64,000 bases of DNA from Candidatus Moraniibacteriota bacterium (GTDB lineage: Bacteria > Patescibacteriota > Minisyncoccia > Moranbacterales > DUUL01): assembly GCA_041583775.1 (NCBI GenBank), contig JBFHFF010000006.1, forward strand, positions 461-64,460, written 5' to 3'. The position numbers and the translations under genes were made by a program. Below the pieces are notes generated by a model. The model was not told where the DNA came from. It ran no database searches and saw nothing but the letters and a program-made list of their open reading frames with translations. Positions 39,476 through 49,305 of this stretch are shown one piece after another; the stretch's first letter is position 1; every line of letters starts with the position of its first letter.

Positions 39476-40891
39476 ATGAAAAAGTCCGAATTATTTTTTA
39501 GTGCGTTGCAAGTGCCAATTGATTATTTTATGGTTGTTTTGGCTGGAATAATTGCATATGTTTGGCGTGCTTCCGAGACGATTCAGGGGATAAAAGTTGT
39601 GGAGTATCAATTTACGCTTAGGCAATTTTTTGAGGTATTGCTTTTTGTAGCTGCTTTTTTTGTTATTGTATATGCATTTGAAGGTCTTTATGATATTAGG
39701 TCCACCAAAAGGACATCTCGTGAAATTTATCGAGTTTTTCGTGCCACAATGCTAGCGCTTATGATTATTATTGTGGGTATTTTCGTTGACAGAGAAATTT
39801 TTTCCTCCCGTTTCATTATTTTAACAGGAGGTTTTTTTGCATTTATTTTTGTTTCGATTGGTAGAATGTTACTGGGATATATTCAACGGTATTTATTAGT
39901 AACAAGGAGAATTGGAGTCCATAGACTTTTATTAATTGGTGTTGGAGATGTTTGTGGCGCAATCAAAAGGCAAATAAAAGAGGATAAATATAAAGGATAT
40001 CAGTTAATTGGGCATATAGACGATATTGATATAGAAAGAATTGAAAGAATAAAGAAATTAAAAGGTGTTGATGAAATTATTCAATGTGATCCAAAAGCAG
40101 TAAAGACCAAGTTGTTAAACTTGAAAGAATTTGCAATACAAAATAGAATTTCTTTTAAATACACCCCAACCCTATTACAAACTGTAAATTATAAGTTGGG
40201 AGTTTTTTTAGGAGAGCCAATGATTGAGGTTAAAAACACCCCCCTTGATGGTTGGGGTAAGATTATCAAAAGGATTGTTGATATAATTGGTGCATTAGTA
40301 GGAATTGTAATTTTTGGAATTCCAATGATTGTAATTTCCTTTGCAATTTGGCTTGAATCTGGTGGACCAATTATTTTTTTCAATGAGAGAGTTGGTCATA
40401 AAGGTAATTTTAACCTTTATAAATTTAGATATATGAAAAATAAATATTGTCACGGAAAACAATATTCATCAGCACATAACAAAAAGGCATTGATTTTTTT
40501 AAGAGAGCTTATTGAGAAACAATCGATTAAAAAAGGGCCAATCTACAAGATAAAAAATGATCCAAGAAAAACCAAAACGGGAGCAATTTTGGAGAAGTTT
40601 TCACTTGATGAATTGCCTCAGTTTTTCAATGTTTTGGTTGGAAAAATGAGTCTCGTGGGCCCAAGACCTCATCAGCCCATTGAAGTTGAAAAATATGAAA
40701 AACATCAAAGACGAGTCTTGACAATAAAGCCAGGTGTTACTGGTATGGCGCAAATTTCAGGTAGAAGTGATTTGGAGTTTGATGATGAAGTTAGGTTGGA
40801 TACTTTTTATATTGAGAATTGGTCACTTTGGCTTGATATTCAAATTATTATAAAAACTATTCCCGCTCTTTTATATAAAAGGAAAAATTAA
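39476..40891 (+). CDS. Polyprenyl-phosphate sugar phosphotransferase (WcaJ/WbaP family)
   Basis: TM N-terminus, KR..D, KFR.M, LDELPQF.NVL.G.MSLVGPRP, PG.TG.AQ. Confidence 0.92.
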   Translation: MKKSELFFSALQVPIDYFMVVLAGIIAYVWRASETIQGIKVVEYQFTLRQFFEVLLFVAAFFVIVYAFEGLYDIRSTKRTSREIYRVFRATMLALMIIIVGIFVDREIFSSRFIILTGGFFAFIFVSIGRMLLGYIQRYLLVTRRIGVHRLLLIGVGDVCGAIKRQIKEDKYKGYQLIGHIDDIDIERIERIKKLKGVDEIIQCDPKAVKTKLLNLKEFAIQNRISFKYTPTLLQTVNYKLGVFLGEPMIEVKNTPLDGWGKIIKRIVDIIGALVGIVIFGIPMIVISFAIWLESGGPIIFFNERVGHKGNFNLYKFRYMKNKYCHGKQYSSAHNKKALIFLRELIEKQSIKKGPIYKIKNDPRKTKTGAILEKFSLDELPQFFNVLVGKMSLVGPRPHQPIEVEKYEKHQRRVLTIKPGVTGMAQISGRSDLEFDDEVRLDTFYIENWSLWLDIQIIIKTIPALLYKRKN

Positions 40892-40932
40892 ATTTGAGAA
40901 GAGAGATTGAAGTAAATAAATAGACTAAGTTT

Positions 40933-42324
40933 ATGAAAGATAGAATTGTTTTGGATGAGATACAAAATGTATATATGATTGGGATTAAGGGATCTGGAAT
41001 GATTGCTTTTGTGGAGATTTTTAAGGCACTTGGGAAAAATGTTTCTGGTAGTGATGTTTCGGAGAAATTTTTTACAGATACTACTTTGGAAAAATTGGGA
41101 ATTGAATATGCAGAAAATTTTTCAACAGAAAATATTTCAAAACAAAAAAGAATTGATTTAGTCATTTATTCTACGGCATATAATGAAGTGAACAATGTTG
41201 AACTTAAATATGCTAAGGAAAATAATTTGCCTGTTCTTTCATATTCTGAAATGATAGGCCTTTTTTCTAAGGAAAAAAAGACAGTCGCAGTTTGTGGAAC
41301 ACACGGTAAAACAACTACCTCAGCAATGACTACGCTTGTACTAAAAAAATGTGGTGCTGATCCAACTGCAATAATTGGTTCAAGAGTGAAGCAGTTGGAT
41401 TCTAATGTGGCTGTCGGAGAATCAGAGATTTTAATAATAGAAGCAGATGAATATCAAAACAAACTTGCTAACTATTTTCCCTTTGGAGTTGTTTTGCTGA
41501 ATGTTGATTATGATCATCCCGATTTTTTTCCATCTATAAAAGAATATCAAAATGTTTTTGTAGAGTTTGTTGAAAAAATTCCCAAGGAAGGATTTCTTAT
41601 TGTTTGTGGTGATGATGCTGGTGCAATTGAGGTTGCAAAAAAAGCAAATTGTAATGTGGTAGTCTATGGTTTTTTTAAAGGAAGTAAACAGGTTAAGAAA
41701 ATAGAAAAAGAACTGAGAATTGCTGGTGTGGAGAATTTGGAGTTTTTCCCAGTTCCAGTGAATTTGAATATGAAAGTTCCGGGAAAACATAACAAATCCA
41801 ATGCTACTGCTGCTTTAGCTGTTTGCAAACAATTGGAGTTAGATTTCGACAAAGCAGTAAACGCCATTGAAGGATATATTGGGGTTACACGAAGATTTGA
41901 AGAAATCGGAGAGAGGAATGGTGCAATTATTATTGATGACTACGCTCACCATCCAGCAGAAATCAAAGCAACGCTAAGCGCTGCAAAGGAAAAATTTCAA
42001 AATAAGAATATTATTTGCATTTTTCATCCGCATACATTTACTAGAACAAAGGCATTATTTAGTGAATTTGCCGAGAGCTTTGTGGATGCAGACGAGGTTA
42101 TTGTGTTAGATATCTATGGTTCTGCTAGAGAAATACAAGGAGGTGTTAGCTCGGAGGAATTGGTGACTGAAATTAAAAAATTTCATAAGAAAGTAAGTTA
42201 TGTTGCGACAATAGAAGAGGTTTTTTTCGAATTGAAAGATAGAATATGTGAAAAGGACATTGTTTTGACGATAGGTGCGGGAGATGTTGATAGATTAGCA
42301 AAAAAATTGGTTACGAATAGTTAG
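40933..42324 (+). CDS. murC: UDP-N-acetylmuramate--L-alanine ligase
   Basis: GIKGSGM, GTHGKTTT, EADEY, DDYAHHP, F.PHT..RT. Confidence 0.92.
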   Translation: MKDRIVLDEIQNVYMIGIKGSGMIAFVEIFKALGKNVSGSDVSEKFFTDTTLEKLGIEYAENFSTENISKQKRIDLVIYSTAYNEVNNVELKYAKENNLPVLSYSEMIGLFSKEKKTVAVCGTHGKTTTSAMTTLVLKKCGADPTAIIGSRVKQLDSNVAVGESEILIIEADEYQNKLANYFPFGVVLLNVDYDHPDFFPSIKEYQNVFVEFVEKIPKEGFLIVCGDDAGAIEVAKKANCNVVVYGFFKGSKQVKKIEKELRIAGVENLEFFPVPVNLNMKVPGKHNKSNATAALAVCKQLELDFDKAVNAIEGYIGVTRRFEEIGERNGAIIIDDYAHHPAEIKATLSAAKEKFQNKNIICIFHPHTFTRTKALFSEFAESFVDADEVIVLDIYGSAREIQGGVSSEELVTEIKKFHKKVSYVATIEEVFFELKDRICEKDIVLTIGAGDVDRLAKKLVTNS

Positions 42325-42366
42325 TTTTTGAAATTTAATATATAGTTTCATTATAAAGTAAAAAGA

Positions 42367-42792
42367 ATGGAATTCGAATCTTATAATTTAGATGATACAA
42401 GAAGGTTGGCGAGGCAAATCCTTGCTTCTTTGGATGGAGTTAACTTGATTTTATTGGATGGAGAATTAGGAGCTGGAAAGACAGTCTTGACCCAAGGAAT
42501 TTTGTCAGAATTGGGCGCTGAAGGCCCTTTTACTTCACCAACTTTTGTGGTAATGAAAGATTATAAGTTAAGTGATAATGAAAAATTTGAGAAAGTTTGT
42601 CACTTTGATTGCTATCGTATTGGTGTTGAGGATTTAAAAGATTTGGCTTGGGAAGAAACTTTGGAAAATAAAAAAAATTTGGTGATTGTGGAATGGCCAG
42701 GGAGAATTAAGGAGGCACTGCCCGAAAAAGCCATTAGAATTGAAATTAAAGTAATTGATGAGAATAAGAGGAGGTTTATTATAAAAAATTAA
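42367..42792 (+). CDS. tsaE: tRNA threonylcarbamoyladenosine biosynthesis ATPase
   Basis: GELGAGKT, SPTF, HFDCYR, VEW. Confidence 0.93.
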   Translation: MEFESYNLDDTRRLARQILASLDGVNLILLDGELGAGKTVLTQGILSELGAEGPFTSPTFVVMKDYKLSDNEKFEKVCHFDCYRIGVEDLKDLAWEETLENKKNLVIVEWPGRIKEALPEKAIRIEIKVIDENKRRFIIKN

Positions 42793-42802
42793 CTTAAAAA
42801 GA

Positions 42803-44152
42803 ATGGAAATTAACCCAGGTATCTTTAAAGCGTATGATATTCGAGGTGTTTATCCTAGTGAGATAAATGAGGAAACTGTTTATAACATTGGTCGCGCCTT
42901 GGCTAGTTTTACCAAAGCAAAAACAATTGTGATTGGAAAGGACATTCGAAATTCTTCTGATAATTTGGAAGAAAAAATGATTGAGGGGATGACAGATGAA
43001 GGTGTCAATGTTATAAAGATTGGAATTGCAACAACCCCAATGCTTTATTTTGCTTCTTGGAATTTAGATGTTGATGCAGGGGTTATTATCACAGCTTCAC
43101 ATAATCCAGCAGAATATAATGGGATGAAATTTTGCTTCAAGGGAGCTGTGCCGATTGGAGAGGGCAGTGGAATGGAAGAGATTAAACAAATGGCATTAAA
43201 GGGTGATTTTAAGCCTTCAGAGAGAAAAGGAAGTGTCATTGAAAATGAAGAGTTAAAGCAAAAATACCTAGATTATATTACAGGATTTTTTAACAAAGAA
43301 ATAGCTGTAAAAAAGAAAAAGATTGTAGTTGATTTTGCGAATGCAATGGGTATTTTAGATAAAGAGGTTCTTGAAAATATGGGAGCTTCCGTTGAAAAAG
43401 TCTATATGTATGATCAATATGATGGTTCTTTTCCAAATCATGAGGCAAATCCTTTGAAAACTGAAACACTAGAAGCTTTGCAAAAAAAAGTTTTAGAGGA
43501 AAAAGCAGATCTTGGAGTTTCATATGATGGAGACGCTGACCGTGTGGGATTTGTTGATGAAAAAGGGGAGATTATCCCAATGGATTTTATAACTGCACTT
43601 TTGGCAAAAGAAATTTTAAAAAAGCATCCTGGAAGTAGAATTCTGATGGATCTAAGAGGCTCTGACTCTGTTAAAGAGGTCATTGAAGAGGCTGGTGGAG
43701 TTGTTAATCGTTGTCGAGTCGGTCATTCACTGATTAAAAAACAGATGCGTGAAGAAGGTGCAATTTTTGCAGGAGAACTCTCAGGGCATTATTATTTCGA
43801 AGAGAACTCAAAGGCTGAACTTGCAACGCTAGCTGTTGTAACACTTATAAATCTTTTGAATGAAACAGGCAAAACAATGTCTGAATTGTCTAAAGAGTTG
43901 AAAAGATATTTTCATTCAGGTGAAATTAATTCTCAAGTCGTTGATGTTAAGGCTGTTTTGAAAAATTTAGAGGAGAGATATTCTGATGGAGAAATTGACA
44001 GGCTAGATGGGATCAGAATCGATTTCAAAGATTGGTGGTTTAATGTGCGGGCTTCAAACACGGAGCCAGTTTTGAGATTGAATCTTGAAGCAGAGACGAA
44101 AGAACTAATGGAGGAAAAAAGAAATGAATTGTTGTCGATTATTCGAGGGTAG
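42803..44152 (+). CDS. Phosphomannomutase/phosphoglucomutase
   Basis: FKAYDIRG, TASHNP, DGDADR, GELSGH, RASNTEP. Confidence 0.95.
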   Translation: MEINPGIFKAYDIRGVYPSEINEETVYNIGRALASFTKAKTIVIGKDIRNSSDNLEEKMIEGMTDEGVNVIKIGIATTPMLYFASWNLDVDAGVIITASHNPAEYNGMKFCFKGAVPIGEGSGMEEIKQMALKGDFKPSERKGSVIENEELKQKYLDYITGFFNKEIAVKKKKIVVDFANAMGILDKEVLENMGASVEKVYMYDQYDGSFPNHEANPLKTETLEALQKKVLEEKADLGVSYDGDADRVGFVDEKGEIIPMDFITALLAKEILKKHPGSRILMDLRGSDSVKEVIEEAGGVVNRCRVGHSLIKKQMREEGAIFAGELSGHYYFEENSKAELATLAVVTLINLLNETGKTMSELSKELKRYFHSGEINSQVVDVKAVLKNLEERYSDGEIDRLDGIRIDFKDWWFNVRASNTEPVLRLNLEAETKELMEEKRNELLSIIRG

Positions 44153-44165
44153 GTTGTTCTTTTAT

Positions 44166-44202
44166 AACAAAAAACAGACCTTTGACGGTCTGTTTTTTGT
44201 TA
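44166..44202. terminator. Bidirectional terminator
   Basis: aacaaaaaacagacc-tttgac-ggtctgttttttgtt. Confidence 0.85.
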
Positions 44203-44222
44203 CTTTATTTTTTATCCAAATA

Positions 44223-44795
44223 TTATTTTAGGGTATATTTGATTGCCTTAGCGACAATTTTGTGAATCTTCTTTTTGTTTTTTTCCTTTAACTTATTGGC
44301 ATTGCCAAGTTTGAATCCTTTTGTTTTAAGTCCACAGAAGCCCAGTATTTCTTTTGTAACAACTCGTAGAGAGCAATTTCTTCTAATGAATTTTTCAATA
44401 AATATGCGACCACCAGTCGTTGTGATAACCGAAACCCTTCCTTTTAGATGTCCTTTTGGAATTCCAAAAACATTAAAACTAAAAGCAAATTTATTAGTTA
44501 GTATTCTATCAAAAAAGCCCTTTAGAATTGCAGGGGTTCTATCCCACCAAGTGGGATAGATTATAATAAAACGCCGTTCATTTTTAATTAATTCTTGATA
44601 TTTAAGAGTTTCTTTTGCGAGATGAAAATTTCCAGAAGTGTAATGTTCTTTTTGTTTTAGTATTGGGTCATATTTTTCTTCATATAAATCGAGAACTCTA
44701 TATTCAACTTCCTTTAAACTAAGTTCTTTTTTTATTTGTTTTAGAATGTAACCACAATGACCGTCGTGATTTGGATGAGCGTAGATAATTAGCAT
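44223..44795 (-). CDS. Flavodoxin-fold NAD(P)H-dependent oxidoreductase
   Basis: IYAHP, DLY, YPTWW..PAILKGFFDR. Confidence 0.88.
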   Translation of the reverse strand: MLIIYAHPNHDGHCGYILKQIKKELSLKEVEYRVLDLYEEKYDPILKQKEHYTSGNFHLAKETLKYQELIKNERRFIIIYPTWWDRTPAILKGFFDRILTNKFAFSFNVFGIPKGHLKGRVSVITTTGGRIFIEKFIRRNCSLRVVTKEILGFCGLKTKGFKLGNANKLKEKNKKKIHKIVAKAIKYTLK

Positions 44796-44834
44796 ATTTT
44801 TTGGATTTAATTTTGGTTAAGTGTGACTTAGTTG

Positions 44835-45413
44835 TTATAATATTTTTAAATCGAAATCTTCTTTGAGGATTTTGGCAGTTTCGAACAGTGAAAGCCCTAC
44901 GGCATTAAAAAAGTCTCCTTCGATTTTTTTAATCAAAATGGCCCCAAGTCCTTGAATGGCAAAAGCGCCAGCCTTATCAAGAGGTTCTTTGGTTTTTATA
45001 TAGGCTATTATTTCTTCCTTTGAAATTTTTTTTATTGAAACTTTAGTTGCCTTAGCTTTGGAAATGATTTTGTTTTCAGACATTCTTATGACGGCTATGC
45101 CAGAAAAAACCTTCAGAGTTTTCCCACTAATTTGAGAGAGTATTTTTTTTGCTTCTGTGCTATTTTTTGGTTTACCTATAATCTTGTCTCCTAGCATAAT
45201 AAGAGTGTCTGCTCCAATCACGATATTTTCTGGAAATCTCCGAGACACCTCTTTTGCCTTTTGCAAGGCTAAAAACTCCACTAGTTTTTTTGTGGATATT
45301 CCCGATTTTTTCTTTTCTTGGTAATTGCTACCAACAACACTGAAAGGGATTCCTAATTTTTCAAGAAGCTCCTTCCTTCTAGGTGATGTTGAAGCTAGGA
45401 TGATTTTTTTCAT
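44835..45413 (-). CDS. maf: Maf family nucleoside triphosphate pyrophosphatase
   Basis: ILASTSPRR, GADT, GKP, DKAG.FAIQG, VGL. Confidence 0.93.
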   Translation of the reverse strand: MKKIILASTSPRRKELLEKLGIPFSVVGSNYQEKKKSGISTKKLVEFLALQKAKEVSRRFPENIVIGADTLIMLGDKIIGKPKNSTEAKKILSQISGKTLKVFSGIAVIRMSENKIISKAKATKVSIKKISKEEIIAYIKTKEPLDKAGAFAIQGLGAILIKKIEGDFFNAVGLSLFETAKILKEDFDLKIL

Positions 45414-45419
45414 ATAAGT

Positions 45420-46091
45420 CTAAGTTATTTCCCAGTCAATTTTTTTAATATTCTTTGAGGATAAAAAATCGTTTGTTTTGCTGAAGTGTTTGCAACCAAA
45501 GAATCCTCGATGAGCTGAAAGTGGGGAAGGATGAGGTGCTTTTAGAACTAAATGTTTTGAAGTATCAATTAGCGGTAATTTATTTTGAGCATAAGCTCCC
45601 CATAACAAAAAGACTAAATTTTCTTTTTCATCTGATAGTATTCTTATAATTTTATCGGTGAATTTTTCCCAACCTTTTCCTTGATGAGAACCAGCCTTAT
45701 TAGCTTGAACTGTTAGCGTTGCGTTTAGTAATAAAACTCCTTGCTTTGCCCAACTCGTTAGGTTTCCAGAATTCGAACTCTGTATTCCCAGATCGTCTGC
45801 AATCTCTGTGTAAATATTTCTAAGAGAAGGTGGGATTTTGGCATCAACGGGAACCGAAAAACACAATCCGTGAGCTTGACCCGCGTTATGGTATGGATCT
45901 TGACCGATAATTACAACTCTAACTCTTTCAAAAGGACATTTATTGAAGGCATAGAATATGTTCTTTGAATCAGGGAAAACTTCTTTGGAAAGATATTCTT
46001 TTTTTACAAAATCATAAAGAATTTTGAAATATGGTTTTTCAAATTCTGTTGATAAAATATCTTTCCATTTTTTTTCAATATTGATGTTCAT
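45420..46091 (-). CDS. ung: Uracil-DNA glycosylase
   Basis: GQDPYH, GLCFS, GVLLLN, HPSPLS. Confidence 0.96.
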   Translation of the reverse strand: MNINIEKKWKDILSTEFEKPYFKILYDFVKKEYLSKEVFPDSKNIFYAFNKCPFERVRVVIIGQDPYHNAGQAHGLCFSVPVDAKIPPSLRNIYTEIADDLGIQSSNSGNLTSWAKQGVLLLNATLTVQANKAGSHQGKGWEKFTDKIIRILSDEKENLVFLLWGAYAQNKLPLIDTSKHLVLKAPHPSPLSAHRGFFGCKHFSKTNDFLSSKNIKKIDWEIT

Positions 46092-46241
46092 CTTTTGATT
46101 CCCGGAATTTTTTAAGCTAGAAATAGGGATTAATCTAGTTTAACACAATTACTTTTTTTGCAAAGCATTTTTAATTTGATATATTTCATTAAAGCCTATA
46201 AACTGAAAGTAGAGAAGTTCTAATCCATAAAACATAAAAAT

Positions 46242-46421
46242 ATGAAAGATTATGCAAAAGTTGGAGGAAAACCCGGAAAACCAGGCTATAGAACACCAAG
46301 ATCATTTCTAAATAAGTTTGTTGGAGTTTTTCAAAAAAACTCGAGAAGAAATTTTTATAACAAAACTAAAATTAAAATCAGGGGTTATTTTGCAGGGAAG
46401 TCTGAAAATGAAGAAAAATAA
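46242..46421 (+). CDS. Small basic hypothetical protein (59 aa, below the track cut-off)
   Basis: MKDYAKVGGKPGKPGYRTPRSFLNK...; A-rich leader; fills the gap; terminator at 46442-46476. Confidence 0.5.
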   Translation: MKDYAKVGGKPGKPGYRTPRSFLNKFVGVFQKNSRRNFYNKTKIKIRGYFAGKSENEEK

Positions 46422-46496
46422 CTTATAATCAGGGAAAAAATAAATAAGCACCAAGCTTCGCGTTTGGTGCTTATTTTTTATTTTTTTAAGATAAAC

Positions 46497-46880
46497 TTAT
46501 AAATTTTCATTCAAGAAATCTTGCAGACCATCCAAGTCTTTTATATCCTTATCATAATGATAAGTTTCTATTCCAACAGATTTTGCACTTTCCACTGCAT
46601 CAATATTGTGCTCAAAATAAATCACATCTTCAGGAGTTAGTTCGTAGTTATCGAGCATCATTTTGAAATAATCAGGGTCAGTTTTTTCTGGTTCGTGTTT
46701 AAGTGTGAAAACTTCATAAGGCATTTTATCTAAACCGAATTGAGTGAATTGTTTATCGTCAGCACCAGTGAGGATGATTTTATTGTTGGGGTATTCTTCA
46801 AGTAAGTCATGCATTGCTCCAAAAATATTTCCAGCAGTGTCTACAAAAGTGTTTACTGCATCTACTAAAATAGTTTTCAT
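46497..46880 (-). CDS. Minimal HAD-like hydrolase
   Basis: MKTILVDAVNT motif I, KTDPDYF motif III, YFEHN...VESAKSVGI motif IV. Confidence 0.75.
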   Translation of the reverse strand: MKTILVDAVNTFVDTAGNIFGAMHDLLEEYPNNKIILTGADDKQFTQFGLDKMPYEVFTLKHEPEKTDPDYFKMMLDNYELTPEDVIYFEHNIDAVESAKSVGIETYHYDKDIKDLDGLQDFLNENL

Positions 46881-47104
46881 TGTTTTGAATTTAGAATTAA
46901 TTTTATTATTAATGATAACACACAAAGTCCTAAAGAGATAAGTTTTTTATAAGAAATGGATGTTTTTTAATGAATCTTTAATTTTCCATGTTCAGTTGTT
47001 TGAATTTTGAATTTAGTTAGCCTAGATGGTTAAATAAAAAGGCCGTTTCCCAGTTGGGGCGTGCCTTTGTTTTTTGAATAAATAAATAAATAAATAAATA
47101 ATTT

Positions 47105-47518
47105 TTAAAGAAGTATTTTTAATTCCATCGTCATAATGAAATAGGTTATTAAAAAGGATACCACAGATGCTATTATTAGCAATGAGACTGTTTCCTGAAT
47201 ATCTTTTTCCCAAGCTTGTAAAAATTTTGAAAATACAATGACAATAACAATTAGTGTCAAAGAAAATATCAAAATTGAAAAGATGATCTCTCTTTTGTGT
47301 ATCAGAATAAGTTCCATTTTCCCTAAAAAATTAGGGCTGTGAATCCATAAATTAAACGAATATACAAGTTCCCTGATAATTTGCTGGTGATTTTCCAGCA
47401 GTATGTTCCAGAGAATTGTGAGTAAAATGCCAAGGATGAAAAGTGTCATTAAAAATCTTGCCATTATCACAAACCTTTTTAACAATGCTTGCCATAAAGT
47501 CCTAAAGAACAAATTCAT
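47105..47518 (-). CDS. Hypothetical membrane protein
   Basis: Three hydrophobic segments; GGGAGG SD. Confidence 0.6.
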   Translation of the reverse strand: MNLFFRTLWQALLKRFVIMARFLMTLFILGILLTILWNILLENHQQIIRELVYSFNLWIHSPNFLGKMELILIHKREIIFSILIFSLTLIVIVIVFSKFLQAWEKDIQETVSLLIIASVVSFLITYFIMTMELKILL

Positions 47519-47767
47519 GCAACCTCCCTGTGAGTTTTAATCTCAGCAAACCTATTGATTTTTAGAAAAAACTTCTTGGTATCATTTTTAACAATTAGAA
47601 CCGTAACAATAATGGCAAGAATGTTTGTTTAGGGGAAGTCCCCATTTCCCTTTTTCTTTTGCCAATTCAATAATCATTCTAATTACCCCCTTCTTTAAAT
47701 TATTGTAGGTACATTTGTTTATTTTTACATTTACATATAGCATATTTATGTTATATGTCAATAGCAT

Positions 47768-47868
47768 AAATTCAAAAAATTCCAAGGTAGCAAAATCCTA
47801 TCAAAAAACATCCTACTTTGTAGGGTGTTTTTTGTGTGTAGGGAATGTGGAATAATGTTGAAACTCTA
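47768..47868. repeat. Cassette-boundary repeat copy A (degenerate)
   Basis: ..cctatcaaaaaacatccta-cttt-gtagggtgtttttt..gtagggaatgtggaataatgttgaaact. Confidence 0.75.
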
Positions 47869-47883
47869 TTTAACAGGAGTTGA

Positions 47884-48435
47884 TTAGTTTAGTTTATTTC
47901 CTAATAACTCAGTCAATTCTTTTTCATTTGCAACTCTTGCTACAGAAAATATTTTAGCTTTATGTTCTGGGTCATCCTCGATACCCTCTTCAATTAAGTC
48001 CGCTAATTTTCTTGTATTTTTCGCTTCTTCCGAAGTTATTCTTCCTTGTAGCATTAATTTTTCAAGTTCTTCGTCTAAAGTTTCCATGAAAATTTCTTTG
48101 GGAGCTTTTTCTTCTTCAGTATTTTCTCTACTTTGATCGCCTATATTTTCTTTGCTCACATCTGCCCTTAAAAAACTCTCTTCTTTGAACAATTTAGTTA
48201 TTTCATCTTCCCCTGCAATCCTTATTACAGAAAACATTTTAGCTTTATGTTCCGGGTTCTCATCAATACCTTCCTCAATTAAGCTCGCTGCCTTTTTTGT
48301 ACCTTCTGCGTCTTCTGGGGTTATTCTTTCTTGTTGTATTAATTTTTTAAGTTCCTCTTCTAGAGTTTTCATAAAAATCTCTTTTGGTGTTTCTTTTTTC
48401 TCAAATTTATCATTTTTAGGAAATTCAAAATTCAT
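47884..48435 (-). CDS. Hypothetical protein with two ~70-aa internal repeats
   Basis: PKEIFM.TL.EEL.KL..Q.RIT.E.A..T.K.A.LIEEGI...PEHKAK.FSV occurs twice. Confidence 0.8.
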   Translation of the reverse strand: MNFEFPKNDKFEKKETPKEIFMKTLEEELKKLIQQERITPEDAEGTKKAASLIEEGIDENPEHKAKMFSVIRIAGEDEITKLFKEESFLRADVSKENIGDQSRENTEEEKAPKEIFMETLDEELEKLMLQGRITSEEAKNTRKLADLIEEGIEDDPEHKAKIFSVARVANEKELTELLGNKLN

Positions 48436-48463
48436 TTTTTATTTTTAATAATTAAATTTATTT

Positions 48464-48628
48464 AATTATACCACTAAAAATTCTAGATTAATAAACTCTT
48501 ATCAAAAAACACCCTACAAAATAGGATGTTTAATGATATTGCTTTCGCAAACCTTGATGGACTGTGTCGCACCGAAGATTCGCTTCGGCGGACCAAAGGC
48601 GGGGAGTGCGGGACGAAGTTGGAACTTT
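48464..48628. repeat. Cassette-boundary repeat copy B (with ~60-bp GC-rich insert)
   Basis: 46/53 nt identical to copy C left part; 27/30 identical in the gcgg.gagtg.gg.acgaagttggaacttt tail. Confidence 0.9.
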
Positions 48629-48637
48629 ATTATTATT

Positions 48638-49162
48638 TTAATAGGTATTTTCTGCTATAGCTTTTGAAATTTTAACAATTTGAGTTTCTCCGTATTTTTT
48701 TTCAACTTCTTTTGCTAAGATGAGAATTCCTTTTTGCCACATTTTTTGTCTTTTTATTGGACCGTCTACATGTTTTTCATATAAACTCCAAAACGCATCA
48801 TATAAAATAAGTGTTTTATAAAAAGAACTCTTATTCCAAACCCATTTTATTTTATTTTCAAGGTTTTTATCTTTTAAATAAGTCATCTCATTAATACCTT
48901 CTTTGACTTCTTTTTCAATCCAATCTGGTAATTCTAAAGATGTATCCTCCAAAACATCATGTAAAATTAATATTTTAAAACCCAATTCTCTTTCTTTATA
49001 AGGTATTTTTGTATCAGCGATAAGAAGCATTGCTGAGCCCAGAGGATGTGTTATGTATGGAACTTTACCATTTTGACGATAATCTTGGTCTGTAACATTA
49101 TTTTCCTGATAGGCCTTGTAAGCAAAATCAAGATATTTTTTTAGTTCTTCAGAGTGAATCAT
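48638..49162 (-). CDS. HD-domain protein, small alarmone hydrolase (Mesh1/RelH)-like
   Basis: FAYKAY...R..G.VPYITHP and LHDVLEDT motifs; likely start ATG 49162. Confidence 0.75.
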   Translation of the reverse strand: MIHSEELKKYLDFAYKAYQENNVTDQDYRQNGKVPYITHPLGSAMLLIADTKIPYKERELGFKILILHDVLEDTSLELPDWIEKEVKEGINEMTYLKDKNLENKIKWVWNKSSFYKTLILYDAFWSLYEKHVDGPIKRQKMWQKGILILAKEVEKKYGETQIVKISKAIAENTY

Positions 49163-49189
49163 TTGTTTTATATTAAAATATATTAAATT

Positions 49190-49294
49190 AATAATATCAC
49201 TAAAAGTTCTAAAGTAACAAACTCCTATCAAAAAACACCCTATAAATAAAGGTGTTTTTAATATGCGGAGAGTGTGGAACGAAGTTGGAACTTT
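49190..49294. repeat. Cassette-boundary repeat copy C, containing left att core TGCGGAGAG (49264-49272)
   Basis: Same architecture as copies A and B; core is identical to 56901-56909 at the tRNA-Ser 3' end. Confidence 0.9.
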
Positions 49295-49305
49295 GTTGTG
49301 TGAAG

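Noticed and set aside
47588-47785. 65-aa minus-strand ORF
   Set aside because: Runs across a promoter-like TTGACA and repeat A; at most a short or decayed ORF from the ATG at ~47677
47768-49294. Repeats as a CRISPR array
   Set aside because: Spacers are 560-600 bp whole genes, repeats are ~100 bp and imperfect, and no cas genes are present
47768-49294. Repeats as classical integron attC sites
   Set aside because: No RYYYAAC/GTTRRRY-bounded palindrome and no tyrosine integrase (IntI); the adjacent enzyme is a serine recombinase
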